NCBI GenBank assembly: GCA_964016885.1
Contig: OZ024740.1
Location: 392,336,001 to 392,400,000, forward strand
Source: Eledone cirrhosa
Taxonomy: Eukaryota
Direction of reading: 5' to 3'
DNA: 64,000 nucleotides
Of this stretch, positions 11,764 to 24,553 are shown piece after piece. A program made the position numbers and the translations under genes. The first letter of the stretch is position 1, and each line of letters opens with the position of its first letter. The notes under the pieces are model-generated. The model had not been told where the DNA came from. It searched no databases and saw only the letters and a program-made list of their open reading frames with translations.

Positions 11764-14700
11764 ATAATACACTAATTGTGGGAGACCCTTCCCTACGAGT
11801 GTCGACAAATGCCCAAAACTCTCAGTTGGTACCATCAATGTCGGCTCAATGAAAGGAAGAGCAGGAGAAATCGTAGAAATGCTAGAGCGAAAGGAAATTG
11901 ATGTATGCTGTGTGCAAGAGACTAGATGGAGAGGAGAGTCTGCCAGAGTCCTGGTAGGAAAGAGTCGGTGCTACAAATTTTTCTGGGTGGGAAATGACGA
12001 TGGGATGGGGGGTGTAGGTATACTACTAGCTGACAAGTGGGTAGATAAAGTAATCTCAGTGTACAGGGTAAATGCAAGAATCATTAAACTCAGACTAGTC
12101 CTGAATAAAACAATTACCACAATAATATCGGCTTACGCACCCCAATCGGGGCTGCCAGACGAACTTAAGGATAGGTTTTACGAGTCCCTAATGCACACTA
12201 CTGCTCTAACAGACGACAATGACTTCCTAATCATCGCAGGAGATTTTAACAGACACGTAGGTAAACACTGCGACGGCTTCAATAGAGTACATGGAGGCCA
12301 TGGGGTTGGCACAAGAAATGAGGAAGGATTCAGACTTCTAGAATTCTGCGACGCCAATGACATGTCGATATGTAACACAAACTTTTAAAAACCCGACAAC
12401 CACCTGATCACCTATAGATCAGGGGAGCACTCCAGTCAGATAGATTTTATCCTCACCAGAGGACGTGACAGATGGACGGTCGTAAACACAAAAGCCTTCC
12501 CTAGTGAGGAATGTACATCCCAACATAGCTTAGTTGTCAGCGACCTCACGGTCAGAACTAGTCAAACCTGGAAACAGAGGCCAACCTGGAGAAGAAAGAT
12601 CTGGAAGCTGAAAGTCCCCTCAACCAGTAACAGATTTAAAGATATTTTACTCAACGCCTACGACAGTAAAGAAGAACAGATAGAGACATTCAATGTAGAA
12701 GAGCACTGGGAGTTCCTAAAAAATAATTTACTAGAGGCGACAGATGAGGTCTGTGGCTGGAGTAAGACCTCAAGCAGGAGGAGAGTGACTTGGTGGTGGA
12801 ACAATAAGGTAGATGAAGCAGTTAAGGCCAAGAGACAGGTATGGAAAGAATGGAAGAACGGGGGGAGCAGGGTACATTACGTAGAGACCAAGAGGGAAGC
12901 TAGGCGACAAGTATACTTAGCTAGGAGAGAAGCAGAGGATAGAAAATTCAAGCATGTTTTGCAACGTGAGGACCAGAAACAGGAGGTATTCAAGATTGCG
13001 AGGCAGTGTGTCAGAGATAGTTGTGATGTCATTGGAGAGAAGTGTATCCGGAATGATAAAGGTGAGCTTGCCCTCACAAGTGCTGAGAAGAAAGATGCAT
13101 GGAAGAGTCATTATGATAGATTACTAAATGAGGAGAATGCATAGGAAGAAGAGACCCTACCCCAAGTAGACCCTATAGAGGGGCCAGCAGTACAAGTCAG
13201 CAGCAGCGTAGTAAGTAAGACAATCAAAGATATGAAGATCGGGAAGGCAACTGGTCCATCGGGTATAGCTGCCGAGATGCTGAAGGCATCTGGGTCTGTA
13301 GGTCACACTATAACCACACGTATTGTTAAGCAGGTAATACTAGAAGGTGTCATACCAAAAGATTGGTGCAGTAGCATCATTGTCAACTGCTTCAAAGGTA
13401 AAGGCGATGCACTAGGTAGAGGAAACTATAGAGGTATAAAGTTGATGGACCAGGTCATGAAAGTAACAGAAAGAGTTATAGCACAGTTGATTAGGGACCG
13501 GGTGAAAATAGACGAGATGCAATTTGGGTTTGTACCAGGAAGAGGCACCACTGATGCCCTCTTCCTTGTGAGGCAATTACAGGAAAAGTACCTAGCTAAA
13601 AGTAAGCCACTCTACTTGGCATTTGTTGACCTTGAGAAAGCCTTTGACAGAGTTCCACGTGCTGTAATCTGGTGGGCTCTTAGAAAACTAGGAGTAGATG
13701 AATGGCTTGTGAAAGCGGTACAAGCCATGTATAGGGGAGCAGTCAGCAAAGTTAGGATTAGCAATGAGTATAGCGAGGAATTTAGCGTACAGGTCGGGGT
13801 CCACCAGGGCTCAGTTCTTAGCCCCCTCCTATTCATCATAGTCCTGCAGGCAATAACGGAGGAGTTTAAGACCGGATGCCCATGGGAACTCCTGTATGCT
13901 GATGACCTCGCACTCCTAGCTGAATCTATGGTAGAACTAGAGAATAAATTCCAAACTTGGAAGCAGGGACTAGAAAGAAAGGGTCTCAAAGTCAACATGA
14001 CAAAGACTCAGGTCCTTGTAAGTAGACGAGAAAACAGAACCCAGATCCCCTCAGGAAAATGGCCTTGCTCAGTATGTAGGAAAGGTGTAGGTAGGAACTC
14101 CATTCTCTGCCCCAAATGCAAACAATGGGTACACAAGAGATGTAGCAGGATCTCAGGAAGCTTAATTAAGAATGTAGGCTTCACATGCAGCAGCTGTGCT
14201 GAGACAGCAAGCAGCAAACAGCCACAGGAAACAAGTACCACCAATCTCTGGGAGGGCTCTGTAGAAACAGTAGACAGCATCTGCTACCTAGGTGACCGAA
14301 TTAGCAGCGGAGGTGGGTGTTCAGAAAGTACAATAACTAGGGTAAGAACGGGATGGAAGAAGTTTAGGGAACTACTACCACTGCTAGCTGCAAAAGGCTT
14401 CTCCCTCAGAATGAAAGGCAGACTGTATGATGTGTGTATCTGAACAGCAATGTTGCATGGTAGTGAGACCTGGGCGCTGAAGGTGGAAGACTTACGTAGA
14501 TTAGAGAGAAACGAAGCCTGCATGCTCCGATGGATGTGTAACAGTAATATACGTGAACGACAAAGCATAAATGAATTGAGAGAGAGACTGAGCATAAGAG
14601 GTATCAAATGCTGTGTGCAGGAGAGGCGGTTGCGCTGGTATGGACATGTGATGCGTATGAAGGATGACAGCTGCATAAAAAGGTGCAGAGCACTAGAAGT

Positions 14701-15164
14701 TGATGGAAATCGCGGAGTGGGGAGACCCAAGATGACCTGGGATGAGGTGATAAAAGCCGACCTTACCCAATTACACCTCTCAAAGGCAATGACACACGAC
14801 CGTGACTTCTGGCGTCACGCAGTAATACTGAGTACCCGACCTCCCATGGGTACAAGCTGAAGCATATAGACAATATGCCCCCACACCCTCCACCGCAAGG
14901 TGGCCGTGGAGGTGCCACGGCAAAAAAGCACCCAGCCCACACTGTAAAGTGGACGTGTAGGCGCCACGAAAAAGCACCCAGCACTCACTGTAAATGAGGT
15001 TGGTGTTAGGAAGGGCATCCAGCTGTAGAAATCAAGCCAAATCAGTTCCTGTATGAGCAACGCATGGTCAGCCGACCAGACACTGCCCACAACAGGACAA
15101 CCCGTCTAACCCATGCTAGCGTGGAAGAACGGACGTAAAACGGTGATGATGAGGATGATGATGT
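11764..15164 (+). mobile_element. Younger RTE (BovB-like) LINE: APE endonuclease + RT + Cys-rich finger, single frame with 3 nonsense codons
   Basis: ORFs 11849, 12785, 13232 and 14450 are all in one frame; VQETRW, SAYAPQ, GDFN, QIDFIL, VHQGSVLSPLLF, YADD; (GAT)n tail; candidate TSD CTACTG at 11758-11763 and 15165-15170. Confidence 0.95.
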
Positions 15165-17030
15165 CTACTGCAAAGAAGCTGAAGTTAGATACCAGCAGTA
15201 AGGTTAGACAGTGGTGTGATGATTATGTTAGATATGGATTTCAAAAAGCTGACACTAAAAAAGATACACCAGATCAGCCCATGTGTTTGCTATGTTCAAA
15301 AGTTCTATCAAATAGCTGTTTAAATCCTGCAAAACTTAAAAGACACCTTCATACTAATCACACCAATGATGAAAGCAAGTCACTGGAATACTTTACTTCG
15401 CTGAAAAACAACATCAAAAAATCACAAGCTAATGTGTATGACTTGTTTTGTAAAAAGTCAGATAGAAATAAAGCTTTAACAAGAACATCTTTTGAAATTT
15501 CACATTTGATTGGTAAAAACAAGAAACCATATACATTAGGAGAACAGTTAATTCTGCCAAGTATAAAAATTGCTACAGAGAATCTTTTTGAAAGCTGCAG
15601 TATTAAGGACAAAGAAAAATTAAGCCAGTTACCATTGTCAGCAAATACCGTAAAAAGAAGGATAATTGATATTTCTTCTGATATAGAAAATCAGATACTA
15701 ACTGCACTAAAGAAAAGCACATGTTTTGGTCTGCAAGTGGACGAAACTACGGATATTAATAACAAGGCTCAATTAATTTGCTATGTACGGTTTGTAAAAA
15801 ATTATTAGTAGAAGAGTATTTGTTTTGTCTGGTATTAGACATCACAATTAAAGGTCAAGATATATTCAATAAAATTGAAGAGTATTTTTAAAAAAATGGT
15901 GTATCTTGGAGCAAGTTGACTTCAATAACAACAGATGGAGAAGCTGCAATGACTGGTAAAAATTCTGGTTTGATTGCAAAAATTAAAGAACAGAGCCCAA
16001 TTGTATTTCAAATCATTGTATGATTCATTGAGAGGTTTTGTGTTCAAAAAAATTCAAAGACAGAGATGCTCAAATATTAAATGACCAGCTGAAAGACATT
16101 GTCAACATTATCAATTTGATCCATGCAAGAGCAAAAAATTCTAGAATGTTTGAATCTATTTGTGAATCTTCTGGAAGTAATTATAATAGATTGTTATTGA
16201 ACAATGATGTGCGTTGGCTGTCTTTTGGGGATGCTATGAAGAAAGTTTTTGAACTGAGAGAAGAAATAATAGTTTTTATAAAAAAACAGAATGATGAAAG
16301 AGCAAGTGTATTAGAAACCAATGAATGGAATGTGCAACTCGCTTATTTAGTAGACATTTTTGGTGAACTGAACAAACTAAATAAGTGTCTTCAGGGTAAC
16401 AATGCAGATATTTTTACTTCAATCAATTTTATTACATATTTTCAATCAAAATTAAACATCTTTATAAAAAGAATTGAATCATTACTTTCAAACCTTGAAA
16501 TAGAGCTTAAAAAGAGAGAAGATTTTGACTCCAGCAATCTAAAGAAGATTATTCTTTCTCATTTAAATGTGCTTTCCACAAGTTTTTCAGATTATTTTGA
16601 CTTGATGGAAAAAGATATTGTTAGCGGAAATTTATGGATAAAAAACCTGTTCACCGAGATCGAGCAGTTAGTGTCAGAAAATGACACTGGAAATTGTAAA
16701 AATTTACTACCTGCACAATGCTTACATCAGTTGATGGATTTGAATTCAAACGAAGACCTAAAAGTGATATTCGAAAGCAGAAAGAAAGAACTATGGATCG
16801 ACTTATTCTTGATTGGGTAGTTTAATGAAATCAGCCAACTTGCATTGAAATATTTGACTTTATTCCCATCTAGCTACTTGTGCGAAGGGTTTTCGCAGTT
16901 GGTAGAAATCTGCACAAAGAAGATGAATAAACTGTCAGCAATTGACGAGTGTATGAGACTGGCATTAACTAGTGTTGAACCTCGATTTTCTAAACTCACT
17001 GATGAGGCGCAGCAGCAGAAAAGCCACTAG
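15165..17030 (+). pseudogene. Disrupted hAT/Buster (ZBED5/SCAND3-like) transposase
   Basis: BED finger CLLC...LKRHLHTNH, LQVDETTD, ITTDGEAAM, HCMIH, VRWLS, FPSSYLCE; stops and frameshifts split it into ORFs 15113-15808, 16038-16820 and 16845-17030. Confidence 0.92.
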
Positions 17031-17183
17031 TTAATTGTGTTCGATTACATACACACGCATGAAACACTAAAATAAATAAATACTTTATTATTTTTTTTTG
17101 AAAAGTTTTGTATTGTATAGGTTCTGTGAAGAATTCAAAATATTTAGAGGGTTCCTCGGTTTTAGAAAGGTTGGCGACCACTG

Positions 17184-18040
17184 ACCTAGTCCTTATAGCT
17201 GAATCCATAGAGTTAGAGGCAAAATTTCAAGCATGGAAGAAGAACCTAGAGTTGAAAGGCCTAATAATAAACTTAGCAAAGATGAAAGGCTTAATAAGTA
17301 GGAAAGAGGACAGGAGGATGGTATCATCAGGGAAATCGCCTTGTTTGATTTGTGAGAAAGGGGTGGGCAGAAATAAGGTGCACACAGTGTATAAGAGATG
17401 TAGTAGGATTGCAGGCAGGCTGACGGAAAAGATAGACTTTTTATGCTACAGATCCAGAGAAGTAAGCACTAAGAGCACACATGAAATAGATTCCTTCAGC
17501 TTCCAGGGAGGCTCCTTAAAAGTTGTCAACAGCTTTTGTTGCGTAGACAATCAAATAAGCTGTGGGGGAGGATGCCTTGAAAGTGATAGCTGGAAGAAGT
17601 TTAGAGAGCTGTTACCTATGCTGACAACAAAGAGCTTTTTTCTCAGAGTGAAGCATAGACTGCATGCGAACTGTAGTGCTACATGTCAGTGAAACATGCG
17701 CCTTGTCTACAGAAGACTTGCAGAGGCTGGAAAGAAACGAATTGAGTATGCCCCAATGGATATAGCATGGAAAATGGGCGTTAAACGATGATGATGTAAT
17801 ATTAGTGTGCATGAACAACGTAGCGGAAGCAAACTGAGGGAAAAACTTGACATAAGAAAAATTGGAGGTAGTGTGCAAGAGAGAAGACTGCATTGGTATG
17901 GACATGTGATACGTATGGAAGATATCAGCTGCATAAAAAATACAGAGAAACCCAGTAGCTGGGATCTAGGAAGACTTGGGATGAGGCTGTGAAGACTGAC
18001 CTTAAAAACTAAATCACACAACAGAAATGACAAAGGATTG
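17184..18040 (+). mobile_element. Old RTE LINE, right half
   Basis: Continues the RT after the hAT TSD; WKKFRELLPML, QERRLHWYGHVIRM. Confidence 0.85.
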
Positions 18041-18270
18041 CAAAGGTTGTTGCTATGTTGTGGTGATGCAAATAATTTGAGTATGGACATGCAGAAATAG
18101 GGATAGACTTCATTAAAAGAACTTCTACTGACAAATATTTTCTTTGGTTCCTCATAGGGCATCTAATTCTTCATTTACGGATTATTTTACCATCTTGGGA
18201 TATTGTTGTAAGCTGACATTTGTATTCATTTGTTATTTATTTTTAATTACGTTTCTTTCTTTTTAACTAG

Positions 18271-18475
18271 CGCCCTGGATTGTATTATGTAGATAACAAT
18301 GGAGAGCGAATGAGTAATGAAATGTTCTCTGTTGGGTCTGGTTCCACACATGCTTATGGTGTTATGGATAGTGGGTACCGTGAGGACTTATCAGAAGAAG
18401 AAGCATATGAATTGGGGAAGCGAGCCATTTACCATGCAACCTACAGAGATGCTTTCAGTGGTGGTGTTGTCAATT
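18271..18475 (+). CDS. PSMB5: PSMB5 exon 6 ([13 protein letters not shown]...[12 protein letters not shown]...[10 protein letters not shown])
   Basis: CTAG acceptor, GTGAGT donor; SVGSG and RDAxSGG motifs; overlaps track ORF 18280..18651. Confidence 0.97.
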
Positions 18476-18794
18476 GTGAGTATCACATTTTTTATGTAAC
18501 TATTAGGTTTGCTATTGTTTATGGCAAAATATTTAACTATACCTTTCTATGGCCATGTGGTTTAGAAGTTTGCCTTCAATCCTCTGGTTCTAAGTTCAAC
18601 CCTGTTGCACATCACCTTGGGCAAGTGTCTTCTACCATTACTTCGGGTTGACCCAAATCATGTGAGTAAAACTGGGTAAACAGAAACTGCAGAAGCCTGT
18701 TGGATAGACTGTAACTGTTCTTGGCTGATGGGTTTAATCCTCAGCTGCTTTGGTGCCTTTACTTTCTATTTTAAACCTATTTTTACCATACAAG

Positions 18795-18947
18795 TCATCA
18801 TCACTGTTTTACGTGCATTCTTCCACGCTAGCATGGGTTAGGCTGGTTGTCCTGTTGTAGGCAATGCCAGATCAGGTGACCATGTCTTGTTCATGCAGAA
18901 ATGATTTTGGCTTGATTTCTACAGCTGGATGTCCTTCCTAACACCAA
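18795..18947 (-). mobile_element. RTE 3'-end fragment
   Basis: Reverse complement of about 15000-15152. Confidence 0.8.
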
Positions 18948-20009
18948 GTCTGAGTGTTTTTTTTATGGATTTGTTGTAGCTGTTGTTTTTACAGCTAGAT
19001 ATTTTTTTCTAACTGCCAATCACCACCATCACTATTACTTCTACGACTATAGCCATTTAGCTGTAAAGTAAACTAGACAAGCAAACTACTTTACCTAAGG
19101 TATTAAGCAAATAAAAGCTAGAATCTGAAGAATTTAGCAGTAGTCTTCCTTGGTAACACATTTAATAAAGTTGACAAATTCCAACAATATCATATCTATG
19201 TGGTATAAATTATGAATTGGTATAAAATTAAATCGAGTTGCACTTGATTTAATGATTGCTTGACCTGCTAAAAATAGCACTTAAATCTTCCTTAAATTAT
19301 ACACTACAATATTAAAAAAGGAAGGATACATTGGATGATGTAGTCAAGAAGGAAAATGACAGTATGCTTATGATTGGAATCCTTTGATTATAGGTCTGTT
19401 TGTTCAAGGCCAACCTTGTTCTAAACAACATCTCCATATAGATTCAGTTGCTGCCAGTAATTGTAAGTGACTTATAATTAGTATATGAACTCTGAAAACT
19501 AACTACAATTTATGCTGTTTTTCTAGCATTGCCATTGTTTTATAGTTTACTAGCTATATGATATAATTTGTGATTTTTAAGCCATCAGATTGTATACTGG
19601 AATTACACTGTTCGTTACTGATTTAACTTTTTTGATACCTATCTGCCTAAGATCAACCCTGGTTCCATGATACAAATATTTTCATCCTAAATTGTTTATA
19701 TTTAAATAAAAACCTTACATCATAAGAACTGTTTAAGTTTTATGTCAGATATCAGCTTATTAATCTGGTGTTTGGAGCATAAGAAAGTTTCATCATCATC
19801 ATCATCATCATCATCAACGTTTAACGTCCGTGTTCCACGCTTGCATGGGTTTGGACGGGGGTTTCTTACATAAAATTATGATGGAAGGTTTTTAGGTAAA
19901 TATAAACACTATAAACAAACTGCTCAATATAAAAAAAAAAACGGGCGGTTTTGGGTGGTTTGGTATCAAAAGGGTTAAATTTGCTACAATTACATGTGCC
20001 ACTAATAGT

Positions 20010-20205
20010 GGTTTCTGATTTAGGCACAAGGCCAACAACTGGTGGAAAGGGCAAATCGATTAAATCGACCCACGAGCATTACTGGTACTTTATTTTATTG
20101 ACTCCGAAAGGATGAAAGGCAAAACCAACCGTGGTGGGATTTGAACGTAAAGGGCCGCAACTCTATGCTGCTAAGCATGATATCCGACGCTCTACCGATT
20201 CTGTC
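20010..20205 (-). mobile_element. SINE A, diverged
   Basis: GGCACAAGGCC...ACTGGTACTTTATTTTATTGACTCCGAAAGGATGAAAGGCAAA...GGATTTGAAC. Confidence 0.75.
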
Positions 20206-20985
20206 TTGTACCACTAATAATAAACACTGCATCACATTTAACCTATGAGGAAGCATTTAACTCAGCCTGCAAGAAATAGCAGCCAAAACTTTCTCATATC
20301 ACATCCTACTATCATAAAACTGGACATGAATAATGTACTCTTTTTCTTATTCATTGGAAACATAGGATGCTCATAGCTGCAAAGATTTTCATGATAGGTC
20401 CACTCAGTCATAGTTGAAAGGAAAAGGGTCCTTAACTCCTGATGGAGCGCTGTACTGATGATACACTGCATGTCTTGGGCATTTTAAACCTGGTGCAGCT
20501 TATCCTTCTCCAGGTTTACTGAGTCCACACTTCATTTATAAACTCTGGACGGATGAAAGGCAAAGTTAAGTTGAGTGCAGTGAGCCAGAATAAATACCAA
20601 GACACTCTAATGACCTTGCTAATGCAGTGCCTTATCAGTGTTGACCTGGGGCTACTCAAAACCAGCAACTGCAACAAAAGAACAAATTTAAAAAAACGCT
20701 GCAATATTAAATTGTTTAAGGGGAGATAATGTCAACGAATTTACTTTTTTCATCTTAATTTCTTGATGTAAAACAATTAACATAATTTCTTGCCTTATTC
20801 CATATTCTACATTTAATGACATTGTCCTTCACTGTGTGTTGGAGACAGTCAGACATCTACCTTTCTAGCAGTTTCAGTACTTGTCTGGATTTAAGAGTTT
20901 ATTTGTTTTTTCATCTGAATCAATATATTTTATATTTATCATCTATATAACTGAACAATTATTATTTTGCTTTTTATTTCTACAG

Positions 20986-21092
20986 TGTATCACATGAAGA
21001 AGACTGGATGGGAGTTTGTATCGCATACTAATGTACTAGATTTGCATTACAAGTATGAAGCTGAGAAAAAAAATAGTCAGGGAAGCAAATAA
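20986..21092 (+). CDS. PSMB5: PSMB5 exon 7 (LYHMKKTGWEFVSHTNVLDLHYKYEAEKKNSQGSK*)
   Basis: TACAG acceptor, phase 1, TAA at 21090-21092. Total spliced CDS 849 nt = 282 aa. Confidence 0.95.
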
Positions 21093-21157
21093 CTTTCTTT
21101 TCACAACACAGTCATCTGTAATTTTTCTATATTACTCTGTACTTCACTATTGTTCTC

Positions 21158-21163
21158 AATAAA
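21158..21163 (+). terminator. Polyadenylation signal AATAAA of PSMB5
   Basis: First AATAAA about 65 nt after the stop codon, followed by T-rich sequence. Confidence 0.6.
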
Positions 21164-21519
21164 TATCTAATCATATGGTTTCACTCTGAAAACCTGAGCA
21201 ATTAAATTTTTATTTATGTTCTTTTTGTTATTGAATTTTAATCAAGATAGGTTATCTTTTACGTCCCCCATCCCACCTGAAAATGCTTTTAAGGCTGGAT
21301 AACTTTTTGTTTGTGAAATAGGAATGGATTCTTTGGTTACCAGAGTCTCTGAAGCCAGCAATGTTATGTGCCCTACTCCGAGTAGCAGTATAATGGCTGT
21401 AGTAGGATTTGATCTCTGGTTAACAGTCATTGTGCCTCATTTCTATGAATTAATAAAAGAATTAATTCATGTGATAAGCACTGCAGTGAATTTAAAGTTG
21501 ACAAACCTTTTGGAGATGC

Positions 21520-22425
21520 TCTATTAGATGAGATGCAGTTTGGTTTCATGCATGGGGAAAGTACTACAGATGCTCTCTTCTTAGTAAGGCAACTAGAAGA
21601 GAAGTTCCTAGCTAAGAAAAAACCACTATATTTAGCTTTTATTGATCTAGAAAAGGTCTTTGACAGAATACCTTGATCTATTATCTGATAGTCCTTAAGG
21701 AGATTAGGCTTGTGAGAGTAGGAAGTGAGTCTAGTGAGAAATTCAAGGTACAGGTAGGTGTTCATCAAGTTTGGGATCTTAGACTACTACTGTTCGTCAT
21801 AGTTCTCGAGGGAAGATTGTCTGATATAAACTTCTTCAAGTTACAAGAAGGGTTCATAGAAGTGGTTGATAGCTTCTGCTATTTAGGTGACTTAATTAGC
21901 AGCAGAGGAGGGTGCTCTGAGAGCATAAAAGCTAGAAGAATAGGATGGAAGAAGTTTAGAGAGTTACTCCCACTGTTGACAACAAAAAGTTTCTCTTTAT
22001 GTACAAAAGGACGACTATGATGCCTTGTGTGTGAAGTGATGCTGCATGGTAATAAGACATGGGTATAGACTGGAGAGAAATGAAACAGCCATGCTTTGTT
22101 GGATGTGCAATGTAAATGTGAGAGAAAGGCAGAGCTTGGATGAACTGAGAAGCTGTGTTTAAAAGGAATCTGAGGTGGTGTACAGGAGAGAAGATTGCAT
22201 TGGTATGGACATGTGATGACCGATGAATGAGGAAATACCAGTGCAAGGAAGCTGCAGTAGAGGTAGACCAAGACAGACCTGGGCTGTGAAGGTGAGAGCT
22301 AACTTCAAATCACTGAAACTCACAGACAAGAAGACAAAGAAACGTGGAGAGATGCTGTGCTGAGAAGGACCCATCTAACCCAGGCAAAGTGTGGAAAAAC
22401 ACATAAAAGCGATATTGATGATGTA
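21520..22425 (+). mobile_element. Decayed, internally deleted RTE LINE
   Basis: DEMQFGF, LAFIDLEKVFDRIP, GWKKFRELLPLL, LHWYGHVM. Confidence 0.85.
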
Positions 22426-22692
22426 TCATCATTTAACGTCCATTTTCCATGCTAGCATGAGTTAGCATGAGTTATAGGGCATCCAGCTGTAGAAATCGAG
22501 CCAGAATCAGTTCCCGTCCCATCCTTGCAAGCAGGGAAAAAGTGGACATAAAATGAAATGATGATGATGATCACGTGAGACAGCCAGGTCGAAGGACTGT
22601 TTTGCTTATACAGAACTGATTTTGGCTTGGTTCCTATGGCTGGATGCCCTTCCTAATGTATGTATGTGAAAAGTCGAGTAAAAACAAGAGAA

Positions 22693-23022
22693 CATCATTT
22701 CATTTTACGTCCGCTTTTTCCCTGTTTGCAAGGGTGGGATGGGAACTGTCCCACTTGATTTCTACAGCTGGATGCCCTTCCTAACCAACCTCATTTACAG
22801 TGAGTGCTGGGTGCTTTTTTGCCGTGGCACCTCCACGACCACTTTGCAGTGGAATGATATGGACCCCAGTCCCTATCATCTCATTTCTACAGCTGAGTAA
22901 ACTGGAGCAATGTGAAATAAAGTGTCTTGCTCAAGGAAACAACACATCACCCGGTCTGAGAATTGAACTCACAACCTTTCGATTGCAAGGCCAATGCTCT
23001 AACCACTAAGCCATGTGCCTCC
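22693..23022 (-). mobile_element. SINE family B, second full copy
   Basis: Near-identical reverse complement of 7180-7516. Confidence 0.85.
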
Positions 23023-23364
23023 ATACAATACAGAACACTACAATAAAATGATGTTATTAGTTTAATCATAATCTTTTAAAGCTCAGTGTGTGGTCATGCT
23101 CCTTCGTGATAGAAATCTACGATATAGAATTTCTTCAATTGAAATTTACAATTCAGTATTCGAAATAGTTTCAATTGCGTCTTGATGCAGATAATTTTTT
23201 CAATTTCACCCACAATTACGCAAAAAATAGATAAAACTCAATATTTTACGATTTTTTTCTCTCATTTAAACTGCTGAACTCTTTCTACTACCATTCAAAA
23301 TCTATACAACTTCATACTTTCTGCTACTTTCTCTTTCCAAGCTTGATGGTGATACTGTCCGTTC

Positions 23365-23582
23365 ACACCACTCCCTACTGTCTTAAATTTAGAAAACACA
23401 TCCTCTATGAGGTTACTAAACCTGCTAGAAACAGCAGCTAACTCTCCCCCATATCACACCACTCCCTACTGTCTTAAATTTAGAAAACACATATCCTCTA
23501 TGAGGTCACTAAACCTGCTAGAAACAACAGCTAACTCTCCCTCATATCACAACCCTCCCTACTGTCTTAAATTTAGAAAACA
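23365..23582 (+). repeat. About 90-bp tandem repeat (about 2.4 copies) derived from a dispersed repeat
   Basis: CTCCCTACTGTCTTAAATTTAGAAAACA three times; the CCTGCTAGAAAYAGCAGC motif also occurs at about 3280, 19265, 20270, 25800 and 28360. Confidence 0.8.
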
Positions 23583-24553
23583 TGCAGAACAACTCCATCG
23601 CAGCTCTGTTGTTCGGCTGGCATCGTCTACGCGCGTGTTGCGCAAGTACTGTGAAACAATAAATTTCAACACTTTTTGCACAGAGATAATATCCATAGGC
23701 GAAACTACAATTGTCACTGCTGGCGCAGCTCCTGCTTCCAGGTCTGCAATTCATTCACCCAGTGCCTGGCAGACAAAAAAGTGCTGCCATAAAATGGGTG
23801 GTGCAACCTAACTTTGGTAACTTAATGACCCCGAGCAACACCAGGCTTTAATGCTAGTGCTTAATATAATAGGAAAAGAGTCTTAAATTTTCCAGTGTTA
23901 GTTCTTCACTGGAAGATAGAATGAGAGTATATGTATATGTTTCATGGACACACAGTTTAGCATAAATGTTCTCCTTTTCACTTGCCAGTAGAAGAAATAT
24001 AAGGATAGACAAAAGGAAGAAATGAAAAAAGTTTTTTTTCCACAGAAGCAAAGCATGGGTGTGTTTAGTCAGCCATTTTGGAGAAGTGTCATATAAGGCT
24101 ATTTGTTATATGACTGAAGTTTGGAAGTATACATTCGCCACTGGGCATCAGATAAATAAATAATATGTAAATGCATTAATAAAAACAAGTGAATTCATTA
24201 TACCTTTATCTGACTAAACCATAACATTGCTCATGCTCAAACATCACAAATGTAGTATTAAATAAAACACCTATTTGAGAAAAAGGAAAAATAAAACAGA
24301 ATTTGAGAAAAGGAATATGTTTATATATGTTTATTCCATTATATCAACAGCAAAAGTGTAACTTTGGAGAAATGCTTTAAGCAGATGACTTACTTATGTG
24401 TGTGTGTATGTACATTCCCACTTCAGTGTTTGTTTCTTTCTAACTCACTTCTAACTACCTGCTATTTTAGTTAGTATATATACTTCTACATCAACCCACA
24501 TGTTAATCCCTCTATCTCATTTTTATTCTCTTTTCCTCTCTTGCTATATTATA

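Larger units (their letters stand above)
11428..17183 (+). mobile_element. hAT (Buster/Charlie-type) DNA transposon, defective
   Basis: Perfect 14-bp TIRs CAGTGGTCGCCAAC (11428-11441) / GTTGGCGACCACTG (17170-17183); 8-bp TSD ACCTAGTC at 11420-11427 and 17184-17191 with central TA. Confidence 0.95.

Noticed and set aside
18476-18651. C-terminal part of track ORF 18280..18651
   Set aside because: Read-through past the GTGAGT donor into the intron; beta-5 similarity resumes at 20986.
23407-23811. 134-aa ORF with internal repeat
   Set aside because: Arises from the 90-bp tandem repeat of a dispersed element; no protein motif or splice support.
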